Shown: positions 21,797 through 32,670 of the stretch, piece by piece
How the letters are laid out: each line of letters opens with the position of its first letter
How positions within the stretch are numbered: position 1 is the first letter of the stretch
NCBI GenBank assembly: GCA_040386535.1
Contig: JAZKFH010000009.1
Location: 32,001 to 96,000 of the forward strand
Source of the DNA: Myxococcota bacterium
Lineage (GTDB): Bacteria > Myxococcota_A > UBA796 > SXON01
Length of the DNA: 64,000 nt
Direction of reading: 5' to 3'
Position numbers and translations under genes: made by a program
Notes under the pieces: generated by a model
The model's input: the letters and a program-made list of their open reading frames with translations, nothing else
Databases searched by the model: none
What the model was told of the DNA's origin: nothing

Positions 21797-23458
21797 TCAA
21801 GCCGGAACCCGGATGCGGAAGGTCGTCCCCGCGCCGGGCGTGGTCTCGCACGTGATCGATCCGCCGAGATCCTCCAACGACTGCCGCGCGATCGCGAGGC
21901 CGAGACCCGTCCCGCGCGCGCGCGTGGAGTAGAAGGGGTCGAACACCCGATCGGCGACCTCCTGCTCCATCCCCGGCCCGTCGTCGCGGACCGCGAACAC
22001 CAGTGAGCCGGCCTCCCGGTGTACGTCGATGCCGATGTGCCGGGCGCCCGCTTCTCCCGCGTTCCGCACGAGGTTGAGCAGGGCGCGGCGCACCGTGTCT
22101 CCGTCCATCTCGACGGTGCCGACCGGGCCTCCGGTGACCTCGGCCGTCACTCCGGCGCGGCGGAGTCCCTCCTCCTCGAGCCCCACGATGCCTCGCGCGA
22201 GGGCCATGGGATCTTCGGGCGACGTCTCGGGGAGCCGGCGCCTCGCGAGGTCGAGGTACCGTTCCGTGACACCCTCGAGCCGCCGGATCTCGGTGATGAT
22301 GGTGGCGAGCAACGAGGTCGCCTCCTCAGTGTCGATCTCCTCCATCATCAGTTCGGCGTGCAGGGAGATGGCGTTGAGCGGGTTGCGCACCTCGTGCGTG
22401 ACCTGGGCGAGCATCTGGCCGACGAGGGCCAACCGCTCGCTGCGCTGCAGGCGCTCACGATCGCGTTGGCGCTCGGTCACGTCCTCGCCGAGAAGGATGG
22501 TCCCCTTGGCGTCGAAAGGGCGCACCGTCACGTCCTGAAGCCGCTCCCCGAAGAGCAGGTTCTCGTGGCGCCCATGGTCGAGCTGGGCGAGCGCCTCGGG
22601 GAGCGGAGCGCCCTCTTGAAGTCCCCACAAGCCGCGCGCCGCGGGGTTGGCCATGCGGACGACCCCGCCCTCGACGACGGCGACGGCGGCCGCGAGGTTG
22701 TCGAGGACCCGCTGGAGGTAGAGTGAGAGCGCGTGGAGGTTGCGGTCGCGCTCGTCCACGGCGCGCACCATCTGGTCGAACGCGTTGGCGAGCGTATGGA
22801 TCTCCTCGATCGTCGGGGCGGGCATGGGGCCCGGCCGCTCCCCCGCGGCCACGCGCCGCACCTGCTCCGTGAGGGTCGAGATGGGCCGCAGGGCGGACCC
22901 GGTGAGCCACAGGAGCAGGGCGCCGAGCAGCGCCGCGAACCCCAAGAGCGCGGCGGAGACGTTGCGCGCCCGGGTCTGGGCAGAGGCGGCCTTCTGGCTG
23001 GACGCGGCCACACGTCCCTCGACGAGGGTGGAGAGCTGGAGGATCTTGTTGCGGAGCGCGGAGCGGGCGGTCCCTTCGGTCTCGGTGCCGGCCGCCACTC
23101 GCCAGGATTGCAAGGCCGCGCCGATGTCCTCGATCTGACGGGCGGTCGCCCGCAAGGCGGCGCGCTCCTCACTGTCCGGGCGCAGGTTGGCGGTGCTGGA
23201 AGCCAGACGGCTCGCTTCGGCGAGGGTGGTGTCCAGGGTTCCCATGCCCGCGCGTTCCCGCTCGATGAGCCCCACCATCCGTGCCGATTGGCGTGCCAGC
23301 GGCAGGTAGATCTGGTTCACGACCTCGAGCGAGGCTCCGATACGGCTGAGCTGCACTTGGTTGTAGGCAAGGGCGGCCAGGAAGCAGAGCACGCCCAGCG
23401 CGAGCCCTCCGAGGAGCCGCCCCCGAAGCGTGCGGAACCAGACGCGCTTCACTGTCAC
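21797..23458 (-). CDS. Membrane sensor histidine kinase (2 TM, HAMP, PAS-like, HisKA, HATPase)
   Basis: H-box THEVRNPL, N-box NLVRNA, DDGPG, FDPFYST and GTGLGL. Confidence 0.95.
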   Translation of the reverse strand: MTVKRVWFRTLRGRLLGGLALGVLCFLAALAYNQVQLSRIGASLEVVNQIYLPLARQSARMVGLIERERAGMGTLDTTLAEASRLASSTANLRPDSEERAALRATARQIEDIGAALQSWRVAAGTETEGTARSALRNKILQLSTLVEGRVAASSQKAASAQTRARNVSAALLGFAALLGALLLWLTGSALRPISTLTEQVRRVAAGERPGPMPAPTIEEIHTLANAFDQMVRAVDERDRNLHALSLYLQRVLDNLAAAVAVVEGGVVRMANPAARGLWGLQEGAPLPEALAQLDHGRHENLLFGERLQDVTVRPFDAKGTILLGEDVTERQRDRERLQRSERLALVGQMLAQVTHEVRNPLNAISLHAELMMEEIDTEEATSLLATIITEIRRLEGVTERYLDLARRRLPETSPEDPMALARGIVGLEEEGLRRAGVTAEVTGGPVGTVEMDGDTVRRALLNLVRNAGEAGARHIGIDVHREAGSLVFAVRDDGPGMEQEVADRVFDPFYSTRARGTGLGLAIARQSLEDLGGSITCETTPGAGTTFRIRVPA

Positions 23459-23589
23459 CCCCGTCGCCGGCTAACGTGCCTCACAGGCGCCGCGCTGTCG
23501 CGCACTGTCACGGGCCGCCCCACGCTGCTTGCGGGGTAGGCGGTTTGTGATACACAGCGGCGGTTCCGCGCCCCAGTGCTGGAGGAAGG

Positions 23590-24651
23590 ATGATTTCGAT
23601 GCGTTCCGTGCTGCTCTCTCTCTGTCTTCTTGGTGTCGTCGCTTGTGACGGCGCCGACTCCGGCGCGAAGGACGCGACCGTCAGCCCCGGCGGGTCGCCG
23701 GCCGACCTCGGGGAAACCCTCGCCACGGTCAACGGCGTGGTCGTCGGCTCCAAGGAGTTCGAGCAGGCTGCGGCGCGCAAGGCTCCCGCCAGCGGGGACG
23801 CCCTCTCGGCCGAAGAGAAGAAGGAAGTCCTCGACGCCCTCGTCGAAGAGAAGCTCCTGTACGCGGAAGCCCTTCGCAAGGGCCTCGATCGGGACCCCAA
23901 GGTCCAGAAGGTGATGGTCAACACGCTCCTCCGCGAGGACGTGTACAGCACCGTCAAGAACGGCGACTTCAACGACGAGATGCTCCAGACCTACTACGAA
24001 GAGCACAAGAGCGAGTTCGTGGTCCCCGAGAAGGTGCAGATCAAGCGCATCCTCATCAAGGTGACGGACGCCCGCCCCGACGACGCGGCGAAGGCGGAAG
24101 CCGAGCGCATCCGCGGCGACATCGTCAAGACCCCGGACAGCTTCAAGGACCTCGCGGCCAAGTTCTCCGAGGATCCGTACAAGCGTCGCGGTGGCGACGT
24201 GGGCTTCGTGTCCAAGGAAGGCAAGCCGGGCCTCGATGCGGCCATCGTGGACAAGGCGTTCTCCCTCGAGACCGGCGCTGTGTCCGAGGTCTTCAAGACC
24301 ACCGACGGCTACAACGTCGTCCAGGTGGCGGCCCGCCGCGAGCAGGTCGAGCGCACCTTCCAGCAGATGAAGGGCTCGGTCCTCCGCAAGGTCAAGAACG
24401 ACAAGATGAAGGAGCTCTACGACGGCTACGTCTCCAAGCTCAAGACGGGCGCGACCATCAAGATCGACGAGACCAAGCTCGCGGCGGTCGAGATCAAGAA
24501 CAGCCGCCGTCCCTTCACCCCCGGCAGCGGCCTCCCCGGCGCCGGCGAAGAAGGCGAGGAAGGCCTCGAAGCCGGTGTCGAGGACGAAGGCGCCGGGATG
24601 CCGGCCGTCCCCGCGGGCGCCGGTGCTCCTCCCGCCGAGCCCGGGAAGTAG
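23590..24651 (+). CDS. PpiC/parvulin-type peptidyl-prolyl isomerase lipoprotein
   Basis: Lipobox VVA-C and FKDLAAKFSED...GGDVGF parvulin motif. Confidence 0.88.
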   Translation: MISMRSVLLSLCLLGVVACDGADSGAKDATVSPGGSPADLGETLATVNGVVVGSKEFEQAAARKAPASGDALSAEEKKEVLDALVEEKLLYAEALRKGLDRDPKVQKVMVNTLLREDVYSTVKNGDFNDEMLQTYYEEHKSEFVVPEKVQIKRILIKVTDARPDDAAKAEAERIRGDIVKTPDSFKDLAAKFSEDPYKRRGGDVGFVSKEGKPGLDAAIVDKAFSLETGAVSEVFKTTDGYNVVQVAARREQVERTFQQMKGSVLRKVKNDKMKELYDGYVSKLKTGATIKIDETKLAAVEIKNSRRPFTPGSGLPGAGEEGEEGLEAGVEDEGAGMPAVPAGAGAPPAEPGK

Positions 24652-24657
24652 GGTCCG

Positions 24658-25737
24658 ATGACGCTCGTCCTTCTGCTCTTGACGGTGGCCGGGTTCGCGG
24701 CGGCGCAAGAAACGCCGCCCGCCGAGCCGGCTCCCGCCCCGAGCAAGGAGGAGCCAGCGGTTGCTCCGGCGCCTGTCGCGGCGGATGCGCCGGTCGCCTC
24801 GGTCGCAGGCACGGTCGTCGATCGTGTCGCCGCGGTCGTCAACGAGGACATCATCACCCTGAGCGAGGTCTACGCCTTCGGCGGGTCCTACATCTCGGAG
24901 GTGATCGCGGCCCGGGGTCCGGACAGCCGGGCAGCCGCCGAAGCCGAGGTGTTGGAGCGCCTGCTCGAACGCCGGCTCGTCGAGCAGGAGATGGCCGCCC
25001 TGAAGCTCGACCTCGTCGATTCGGACGTCGATCGCTCGATCTCCGAGATCGCCGAGCGCAACGGGATGGACATCGACGCGCTCCGCAAGGAGGTCGAACG
25101 CAGCGGCATGGCATGGGACCAGTACCGCAACGAGCTCAAGGAGAACCTGCGGGACATGAAGTTCGCGCAGACCGTTCTCCGCCCGCGGGTGAACGTCACG
25201 GAGGACGAGCTTCGCGACGCCTGGCTGCGTGCCGCTCCCGCGGCGCCCGCGTCCTCGCGTGTACAGGCTCTCGTTCTCGCGATTCCGCCCGGGGCGACCG
25301 AGGCCGAACGTGAGGCCGTCGTGGCCCGCGCCCGGGCCCTCCGGGACGAGGCGCGGGCCGGGGGTGACTTCGCCGCGCTGTCGCGCGCCAACGATCAGGG
25401 TCCCTTCGGCGAGCAGGGCGGAGAGATGGGCGTGTTCAAGGCCGGCGAGCTCGTCGACACGCTGGACAACGTCATCGTCAACACTCCCGTGGGGGAGGTG
25501 AGCGAGCCCATCGTCATCGGCGACGGTGTCTACCTGCTGCGTGTGGCGGAGCGGATCGAGGGCGCGAACGACTTCGAAGCCCGCCGCGGGGAGGTCTCCG
25601 AGCAGGTGTTCCAGTCCCGCCTCGAGGACGAGAAGGAGCGTTGGTTTCAGGAGGCTCGGCGCCGTGCGGTCGTCCGGATCCTGCTCCCTGGAGCGCCCAA
25701 GGCGGGCGTGAGCCCCGGGGCCGCCCCCTCGCGATGA
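24658..25737 (+). CDS. surA: SurA-like periplasmic chaperone/PPIase
   Basis: Signal peptide, VDRVAAVVNEDIITLSE and parvulin motif FAALSR...GGEMG. Directly upstream of pdxA. Confidence 0.88.
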   Translation: MTLVLLLLTVAGFAAAQETPPAEPAPAPSKEEPAVAPAPVAADAPVASVAGTVVDRVAAVVNEDIITLSEVYAFGGSYISEVIAARGPDSRAAAEAEVLERLLERRLVEQEMAALKLDLVDSDVDRSISEIAERNGMDIDALRKEVERSGMAWDQYRNELKENLRDMKFAQTVLRPRVNVTEDELRDAWLRAAPAAPASSRVQALVLAIPPGATEAEREAVVARARALRDEARAGGDFAALSRANDQGPFGEQGGEMGVFKAGELVDTLDNVIVNTPVGEVSEPIVIGDGVYLLRVAERIEGANDFEARRGEVSEQVFQSRLEDEKERWFQEARRRAVVRILLPGAPKAGVSPGAAPSR

Positions 25738-26645
25738 GCCCGCGCCCGCTGGTGCTGACCCCCGGCGATCCGTTGGGGATCGGCCCGGAAGTCGCGATTC
25801 GTGCGCTGCGCGCGACGGGCGCGGACGCCGTGCTGCTAGGCGATGTCGACGCGTTACGACGTTTTGCTCCGGATCTTGTCGTCGTTCGTGACATCGAGCC
25901 GGGCACCGGTATTCGGGCGCTGCTTCTGCCCGCATCGTCCGAGCCTGTCGAGGTCGTCGCCATCCGGGTGGCGGTCGACGCATGCCGCGCCGGCCGGGCA
26001 CGGGCGATGGTCACGGGGCCCATCCACAAGGCACGTCTGGCGGCGCGCGGCTTCGGCTACCCAGGGCACACCGAGTTTCTCGGCATGTTGTGTGGGGTGG
26101 AAGAGCCGGTCATGGCGTTCGTCGGAGGTTCGGTTCGTGTGGCGTTGGTGACCGTGCATCTTCCGCTCCGGGAGGTGCCCGCTGCTGTCACGCGCGCGAA
26201 GGTGCTCCACACCCTGCGTTTGGCGGACCAGGCCCTGCGGGAGCGCCTGGGCTTCGCGCGCCCACGCCTCGCGGTGTGTGGTCTCAATCCGCACGCCGGC
26301 GACTCGGGCCTGTTGGGTCGCGAGGAGATCGATGTCATCGGGCCAGCCTGCGCGGACGCCCGCGCGGAGGGCATCGACGTCCGGGGGCCCATCAGCGCGG
26401 AGACCGCCTTCTTCGAGGCGGATCATTCCGATATGGTCGTGGCGATGTACCACGATCAGGGGTTGGCCCCGCTCAAGCGGCTCGACTTCGGACGATCCGT
26501 GAATTGGACGCTCGGGCTGCCCATCGTGCGCACGAGTGTCGACCACGGCACGGCAGACGCGTTGGTCGGCACCGGAAAGGCCAGCCCGTCGAGCATGGAG
26601 GCCGCGATCCAACTCGCGCTCCAGCTCACGTCGGCGCAGGCCTAG
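25734..26645 (+). CDS. pdxA: 4-hydroxythreonine-4-phosphate dehydrogenase
   Basis: GDPLGIGPE, GHTEFL, GLNPHAG, MYHDQG and RTSVDHGTA. ATGA overlap with surA. Confidence 0.96.
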   Translation: MSPRPLVLTPGDPLGIGPEVAIRALRATGADAVLLGDVDALRRFAPDLVVVRDIEPGTGIRALLLPASSEPVEVVAIRVAVDACRAGRARAMVTGPIHKARLAARGFGYPGHTEFLGMLCGVEEPVMAFVGGSVRVALVTVHLPLREVPAAVTRAKVLHTLRLADQALRERLGFARPRLAVCGLNPHAGDSGLLGREEIDVIGPACADARAEGIDVRGPISAETAFFEADHSDMVVAMYHDQGLAPLKRLDFGRSVNWTLGLPIVRTSVDHGTADALVGTGKASPSSMEAAIQLALQLTSAQA

Positions 26646-27161
26646 TCGGTCTCCAGCACTTCGGCGCAGCTCGCGCCGGCGGACCACGTGGCCCAACGCT
26701 CGGGGGCCACGCCGAAGGCCCTGCAATCGGCCTCCTCCGCGCCGTCTCGGGTGAACACCCGTAAGATCCCCGTCAGGTCGGCCTCCCCGCAGTTGAAGAC
26801 GGTCGAGCTCCCGAGGACCACGTCGTGCCAGTCGGGCACGATGGAGAGGGTCAGATCGAGCGTGTCCGACGTGCCGTCGGCTTCGGCTGACCGGGAGTAG
26901 AGGGGATGGCGCTCGACGTACACCCCGTCCGTCGAGAGGAGCACCTGCCCGTTTCCGGTCCACGCGTCCGTCCTCACGTCGAACCGCCACAAGGCGTCTA
27001 CGGTGGCACATTCGGCGCTCGCGGAGGTCATCGCCGGCGGGCGGGTCGTGGGTTCGATGCCGGTGTCGGCATCCTTGCCGCCGGTGCAGCCGACCAAAAC
27101 GAGCGCGGCGCAGGTCCGGAAGTTCCGGACCTGCGCCGCGCCGATAGAACCGATGTCCGAA

Positions 27162-27169
<8 letters not shown>
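26642..27169 (-). CDS. Hypothetical lipoprotein, paralog 3 of a tandem family (start uncertain)
   Basis: Lipobox LVLVG-C. Shares ExH, V-x3-ST and DC-x3-G motifs with the two upstream genes. Confidence 0.7.
27103..27141. repeat. Perfect 18-bp inverted repeat with 3-nt centre
   Basis: GCGCGGCGCAGGTCCGGA-AGT-TCCGGACCTGCGCCGCGC. Confidence 0.9.
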
Positions 27170-27704
<535 letters not shown>

Positions 27705-27782
27705 TTTTCTCCTCCAGAGAATAGCCGTGATGCTTTACACCATTTCTACCGGTGGCGCAAGTGGCTGAGCTGGAGGTTCGTC

Positions 27783-27816
27783 AAAACGCCAAAGGGGGAG
27801 GGCTGGGCCCTCCCCC
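27783..27816 (-). terminator. Probable intrinsic terminator after lipoprotein paralog 1
   Basis: Minus strand GGGGGAGGGC-CCA-GCCCTCCCCC, then TTTGGCGTTTT. Confidence 0.7.
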
Positions 27817-27824
27817 GGGGGGTG

Positions 27825-28352
27825 CTACCAGAAGTTGGAGCAGGAGTCCGAGAAGTATTCGGGGTTGTGACCGTAGGCGACGCAGTCGGCGTAGTTGTTG
27901 TCCGAGTCGGTCACGGTGAAGAGCACGGTGAGATTGTTGGAGATGTCCCCGTTGTTCAGGTCGAGGATCGTGCTCTGGTTCTGGACCTGGTTCGCGAAGC
28001 TGTCGACGAGGTCGAGGTTGATGGCCTTCGTCTCCGTCGTGTCGGTGAAGTCCACGAGCTCGAACTCGTCGTGGTACTCGGTCCAGAAGCCTTCGGGCGA
28101 GCAGTTCGGGTTGCTGACGCACGAGCCGGACGAGTCGCCGGTCTCGGCGAGATCCATCTCGACGACGCCCATCTCGCCGATGGTCGTGACTTCCCACGTG
28201 CACACGGTGCCGGCGCAGGTGCCGCTCACCGCGTCCACGACCACGTCGCCGCTGGCGCCGCACGCCGTGTCGCCGGTGTCACACTTGCCGCCACCGTCGC
28301 AACCAGTGAGGGAGAACGCGGCCGCGGCGCCGAGGAGCAGTAAGGTTTTCAT
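27825..28352 (-). CDS. Hypothetical acidic Cys-rich lipoprotein, paralog 1
   Basis: MKTLLLLGAAAAFSLTG-C lipobox and AETGD...WTEYH...QSTIL...DCVAYGH. Confidence 0.85.
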   Translation of the reverse strand: MKTLLLLGAAAAFSLTGCDGGGKCDTGDTACGASGDVVVDAVSGTCAGTVCTWEVTTIGEMGVVEMDLAETGDSSGSCVSNPNCSPEGFWTEYHDEFELVDFTDTTETKAINLDLVDSFANQVQNQSTILDLNNGDISNNLTVLFTVTDSDNNYADCVAYGHNPEYFSDSCSNFW

Positions 28353-28444
28353 GGGGGAGTCCATCCTTGTGAGGGTGAGTGCAGGCAACGCCCCCCTCTT
28401 GACCGAGGGGTGCGAAGTAACTGTAAGCACGCTCCGGATGAGCT

Positions 28445-30109
28445 TCAAGGCGCCGTGACAGGCGACGGGTCGTCGAAGGCCGCCGCCATGCGCTCACGGA
28501 ACAGCGTCCGTTCGATGCGATCGAGCAGAATCTGCAAGCCTTCTCCGGTCTTGGCGCTGACGGCCGACGCGTCCCAAGCGTCTACCAATGCGCGCACCCT
28601 CTCAGGGTCAGCTCGGTCGATCTGGTTCACCACGACCAGCGTGGGTGCGTCCGAAGCGCCGAGCTCCTTCAACACCTGGTCGACCGTGGCCTTTTGCGCC
28701 TCGGCCTCGTCATCGGCAGCGTCCACGATGTGGAGGAGGAGGTCGGCCTCCAGCGCCTCGTCGAGGGTGCTGCGGAAGGCGTGCACGAGATCTTTCGGCA
28801 GGTCGCGGATGAACCCGACGGTGTCGGTGAGGATGATCTCGCGGTCCTCGGGGAAGCGCATCCGGCGGGACGTGGGGTCGAGCGTGGCGAACAGCTTGTC
28901 CTCCGCATCGACCTTGCTCTGGGTCATGCGGTTCAGCAGCGTGGACTTTCCCGCGTTGGTGTAGCCGACGATCGCGACGAGCGGAAGGCCGACACGCTTG
29001 CGACGGTTCCGCCGCATGGTGCGTTCGCCGGCGATGTCGTCGAGCTGACGTTGCACGCGGTGCAGCCGTTCGTCCGCCCGGCGACGATTGATCTCGAGCT
29101 TGGTCTCACCCGGACCCTGGCCTCCGATTCCGCCGGTGAGGCGGCTCATCGCCGTGGGCATGATGGCGAGCCGCGGCTTGCGGTAGCGCAGCTGGGCGAG
29201 CTCCACCTGGAGCTTTCCCTCGCGAGTGGTGGCGCGCTGGCTGAAGATGTCGAGGATGAGCTGGGTGCGATCGAGCACCTTCAGATCGGTCTCGGTGGCG
29301 ATGTTCCGGAGCTGCGAGGGCGACAGCTCCTGATCGAACACCAGGACGTTGGCGCCGAGGTGCATACAGCGCAGCACCAGGTCCTTGAGCTTGCCTTCGC
29401 CTACGACGGTGCGCCCATCGAGCTCCCGCCGGACCTGCAGCACCGAGTCGGCGATCTGCAGCCCGGCTGTGTGCGCGAGCCGACCCAGCTCCTCGAGGGA
29501 GCGGCGGGCGCCGCGCGGATCACGGATGGCGACGCTCACGAGGACGGCGCTCTCCTTGCCCGCGACGGCACGAGCCTCCGCCGCGACGCGGAACTGGACC
29601 TCGAGGTCCCGGATGAACGAAGAGAAGTCCTCGTCCCAGCCGTGTACCGAGGGCACCTTCTCCACACGCCACATCTCCCCGCCACGCGCCGCGCCGGGGG
29701 CCAGGATGACCCCGTACTCCAGTGCGCCGGGGAGCCCGTCCGGCTGGGCCTGGATCACGACGACGGTGTCCAGCCGCAGGAGGGCCAGGTCTGTCAGGTC
29801 GTCCTTGCTGAGGCCCTCCCCGCGGAGGTGGGTGTGGACCAGGCGCAGGCCGCGGAAGCGCCCCGCACCGGCTCGCTCGCGCCCCAACTCGGGGATGAAG
29901 AGCTGATGCGCGTCCCCGACGATGACCTTGTCGACCATGCCGACGCGGTCGATGAGGAGCCCGACTTGCCGGTTGCACTCGCGCGACACCTCGGTGAGGC
30001 GGCGCGCGAGCTCGGGGGTGACGAAGCGCGTCGCGGGGATGCGGCGTTGGTAGAAGGACTGGAGGGCCTTGTTCTGGCTCGGCTTGAGGCCCTCGGTGTT
30101 TCCGAACAA
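28445..30109 (-). CDS. hflX: Ribosome-splitting GTPase HflX (long form with N-terminal extension)
   Basis: DRTQLILDIF, GPGETKLE, GYTNAGKSTL, LFATLDPT and DTVGFI. Confidence 0.97.
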   Translation of the reverse strand: MFGNTEGLKPSQNKALQSFYQRRIPATRFVTPELARRLTEVSRECNRQVGLLIDRVGMVDKVIVGDAHQLFIPELGRERAGAGRFRGLRLVHTHLRGEGLSKDDLTDLALLRLDTVVVIQAQPDGLPGALEYGVILAPGAARGGEMWRVEKVPSVHGWDEDFSSFIRDLEVQFRVAAEARAVAGKESAVLVSVAIRDPRGARRSLEELGRLAHTAGLQIADSVLQVRRELDGRTVVGEGKLKDLVLRCMHLGANVLVFDQELSPSQLRNIATETDLKVLDRTQLILDIFSQRATTREGKLQVELAQLRYRKPRLAIMPTAMSRLTGGIGGQGPGETKLEINRRRADERLHRVQRQLDDIAGERTMRRNRRKRVGLPLVAIVGYTNAGKSTLLNRMTQSKVDAEDKLFATLDPTSRRMRFPEDREIILTDTVGFIRDLPKDLVHAFRSTLDEALEADLLLHIVDAADDEAEAQKATVDQVLKELGASDAPTLVVVNQIDRADPERVRALVDAWDASAVSAKTGEGLQILLDRIERTLFRERMAAAFDDPSPVTAP

Positions 30110-30153
30110 CGTTTCGATGATTCGCTCCTGCGACGTTCCCTGGTCAGTGGCGA

Positions 30154-31386
30154 CTACTTGGTGGCGACGCGCTCGATGATCTGCGGCAGGTCGATCCCGA
30201 GCGCTCCCTTGAGCTCCTCCACGAGCGTGACGGCCCTGCGCGCGCTCACGTCCGCGTCGGGGGGGAGGACCGTGAGGCGATCCACCTTGACGTGCTGGAT
30301 GGTAGACACCAGGTGCCCCATCGTCGCCTGCAGTTTCTGCATCAGGAAGATGTCGCGAGAGGCGTCGCCACCGTTCTTCCAGGTGGTGATCATCTGCTCG
30401 AGCACGTGGTTGGTCGCGCGGCCGTCCTCCACGATCTTGGCGGCGGCGCCCTTCGCGTTCGAGCTCGCGGCTTCCATCTCCGCCTGTGCAGGCGCGATTA
30501 CGTCCGCTTCGAGCTGACGGCGCACCTGCTCGACGCGCGCGGCCTGCACCTTGAGCTCACCCTCCGCGCGGGCGACCATGGCCTTGACGCGGCCCACTTC
30601 CTCGGCGATGAGGGCCTCGCGCCGCGACAAGGTCTCCATGATGCGGCGCTCGGTCTGGGTGCGCGCGATCTCGATGTCGGACTCGAGCTCGGACACCCGA
30701 GCGCGCTCGCGCGATCCGGCGTCCTGGATGATCGAGCGTGCACGCGCGTTCGTCTCCGCGACCTTCGAGCGCATGATCAGGTCGGCCGAGCTCTTGCGGC
30801 CGATGCTGTTCAGGTAGCCCTTCTCGTCCGACACGTTCTGGATCTTCAGGGTGTCGAGCGCGAGTCCGAGGCGGGTGAGGTCGTGTTCGGCCTCTTCGAG
30901 GAGCTTCTCGGCGAAGGCGATCTTGTCCTCGTTCACCTGCTCGGGGGTGAGCTGGGAGAGGACGCCGCGCAGGTTGCCCTCGAGCGTGTCCTTCGCGACC
31001 TGGACGATGTCCTTGCGGGTGTAGCCGAGGAACCGTTCGATGGCGTTGTTCAGCACTGGCTCGTGACCGGAGATCTTGACGTTCGCCACCCCCTGCACCG
31101 TGAGCGGGATGCCGCCCTTGGAGTAGGCGTTGGTGACGGCCACCTCGATGATCATGTTGGTCAGGTCGACGCGGTCGACTGTTTCGAGCAGAGGAATGCG
31201 CACCGAGCGGCCGCCCTTGACGATGCGGTAGCCGACGCCCCGGCCCTCGAGCTGTCGCGTCGTGCCCGAGAAGATGAGGACCTCGTTGGGGCCACAGATG
31301 TAGAGGAGGTTTCGCAGCACCACGAGGGCGCACACGGCGAAGAAGCCGACGACGAAGAGGAGGACCAGGGGGACGAGGAGGCTCAC
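30154..31386 (-). CDS. Flotillin/SPFH family protein (copy 2)
   Basis: N-terminal TM, AYSKGGIPL, TLEGNLRGVL, LDTLKIQNVSD and a coiled-coil tail. Confidence 0.93.
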   Translation of the reverse strand: MSLLVPLVLLFVVGFFAVCALVVLRNLLYICGPNEVLIFSGTTRQLEGRGVGYRIVKGGRSVRIPLLETVDRVDLTNMIIEVAVTNAYSKGGIPLTVQGVANVKISGHEPVLNNAIERFLGYTRKDIVQVAKDTLEGNLRGVLSQLTPEQVNEDKIAFAEKLLEEAEHDLTRLGLALDTLKIQNVSDEKGYLNSIGRKSSADLIMRSKVAETNARARSIIQDAGSRERARVSELESDIEIARTQTERRIMETLSRREALIAEEVGRVKAMVARAEGELKVQAARVEQVRRQLEADVIAPAQAEMEAASSNAKGAAAKIVEDGRATNHVLEQMITTWKNGGDASRDIFLMQKLQATMGHLVSTIQHVKVDRLTVLPPDADVSARRAVTLVEELKGALGIDLPQIIERVATK

Positions 31387-32660
31387 GACTTGATCTCCGC
31401 GGACGAGGAGGAGCGGGCGAGGGCCCCGGTGACATCGACGCCGGTGGTGGCGCTGAGCTCTTGGAGCACCTGCTTGACCATGGCGGGGTAGCCGGAGACG
31501 AAGGCGGCGAGCGCCTTTCCGTCCCCCCGGTCGATGACGGTCACCTCCCCGACGGTGACGCTGTTCACTCGCGCCACGACGGTGGAGACGATCTGCTCCA
31601 GCTGTTGAATGAGGAAGATGTCGCGCGCGTCGTTCCCGGCCGAAGCCCAGGTGCGCGTGAGCATCTCGAGGACCTCGGCCATGCCGGCCCCGTTCTCCGC
31701 GATGATCGATGCCTCGCCACGGGCGCGGAGCGCCTCCGCCTGTTGCTGTGCGCGCGCGGGGAGCACGACCTCGGCGATGAGGCGCGTCTGCTCGAGCTTC
31801 TTTCGGATCTCCTGGAGCTCCTGCTCCGCCTCGGCGCGGGCCTCGGCGGCGAGCTGACCGGTCCGCTCCTCCTCCGACTTGGCCGTGCCCTCGAATTCCG
31901 CCTTGATCTTGCGGAGCTCGTTCTGCTTCTTCGCGATGCGGGCCTCGGCCTGCTCGACCGCGATCTTTCCGCCCTGGTTCGCCAGCGCCTCGGCCATCTC
32001 GGCCTCGCTCTTGGCCTGGGACTCGGCGATGTCCGCCACCATCAGCACGTTGGCGATGCGCTCTCGGCCGATGCTGTCGAGGTACTTCACGTCGTCGTAG
32101 ACGTTCAGGACGCGCAACGTGTCGAGCTGGATGCCGAGCTTCCGGAGATCGTCCTCGGCTTCGTCGAGCAGGGTGTTCGCGAACTTCAGGCGGTCTTCGT
32201 TGACCTCCTCGGGGGTGAGCCGCGCGAGGACTCCCCGCAGGTGCCCCTCGAGAGACTCCTTGGCGACCCGGCTGATCTCGGCGGGGTCACGGCCCAGGAA
32301 GCGCTCGACCGCGTTCATGATCACGCGCGGATCGCTGGACACCTTCACGTTGGAGATCGCGTGCAGGTTCAGCGGGATGCCGCCCTTGGAGTACGCGTTC
32401 GTGACGTGCAGGTCGAGCGGGATGGTCGACAGGTTCATGGAGTCTACCCGCTCGAGCAGCGGCACCCGGATGGTGCGGCCGCCGAAGACGAGGCGGTAGC
32501 CGACCTCCGATCCGTCCGCCATCGAGCGCTTCCGGCCCGAGAAGATCAAGACCTCGTCGGGCCGGCAGATGAAGATGAACTGCTTCGCGATGGCGACGGC
32601 CATGAGGAGGCCGAAGCCTAGCCCCGTGGCGACGCAGAGGGCGGATACGAGCGCTTCCAA
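31383..32660 (-). CDS. Flotillin/SPFH family protein (copy 1)
   Basis: TTG start after AAGGAG, AYSKGGIPL and SLEGHLRGVL. Clear paralog of the adjacent gene. Confidence 0.92.
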   Translation of the reverse strand: MEALVSALCVATGLGFGLLMAVAIAKQFIFICRPDEVLIFSGRKRSMADGSEVGYRLVFGGRTIRVPLLERVDSMNLSTIPLDLHVTNAYSKGGIPLNLHAISNVKVSSDPRVIMNAVERFLGRDPAEISRVAKESLEGHLRGVLARLTPEEVNEDRLKFANTLLDEAEDDLRKLGIQLDTLRVLNVYDDVKYLDSIGRERIANVLMVADIAESQAKSEAEMAEALANQGGKIAVEQAEARIAKKQNELRKIKAEFEGTAKSEEERTGQLAAEARAEAEQELQEIRKKLEQTRLIAEVVLPARAQQQAEALRARGEASIIAENGAGMAEVLEMLTRTWASAGNDARDIFLIQQLEQIVSTVVARVNSVTVGEVTVIDRGDGKALAAFVSGYPAMVKQVLQELSATTGVDVTGALARSSSSAEIKS

Positions 32661-32670
32661 GAGGGCTCCT

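Noticed and set aside
21787..23556. TGACA-TCC-TGTCA (21787), CACTGTCAC direct repeat (23450, 23503) and TGATACACA (23548) around the two-component genes
   Set aside because: Short and isolated. They could be chance matches or distant variants of the 53.7-58.2 kb motif, but are not supportable alone.
29500..30109. About 190-aa N-terminal extension on HflX
   Set aside because: Matches the known long form of HflX found in several phyla.
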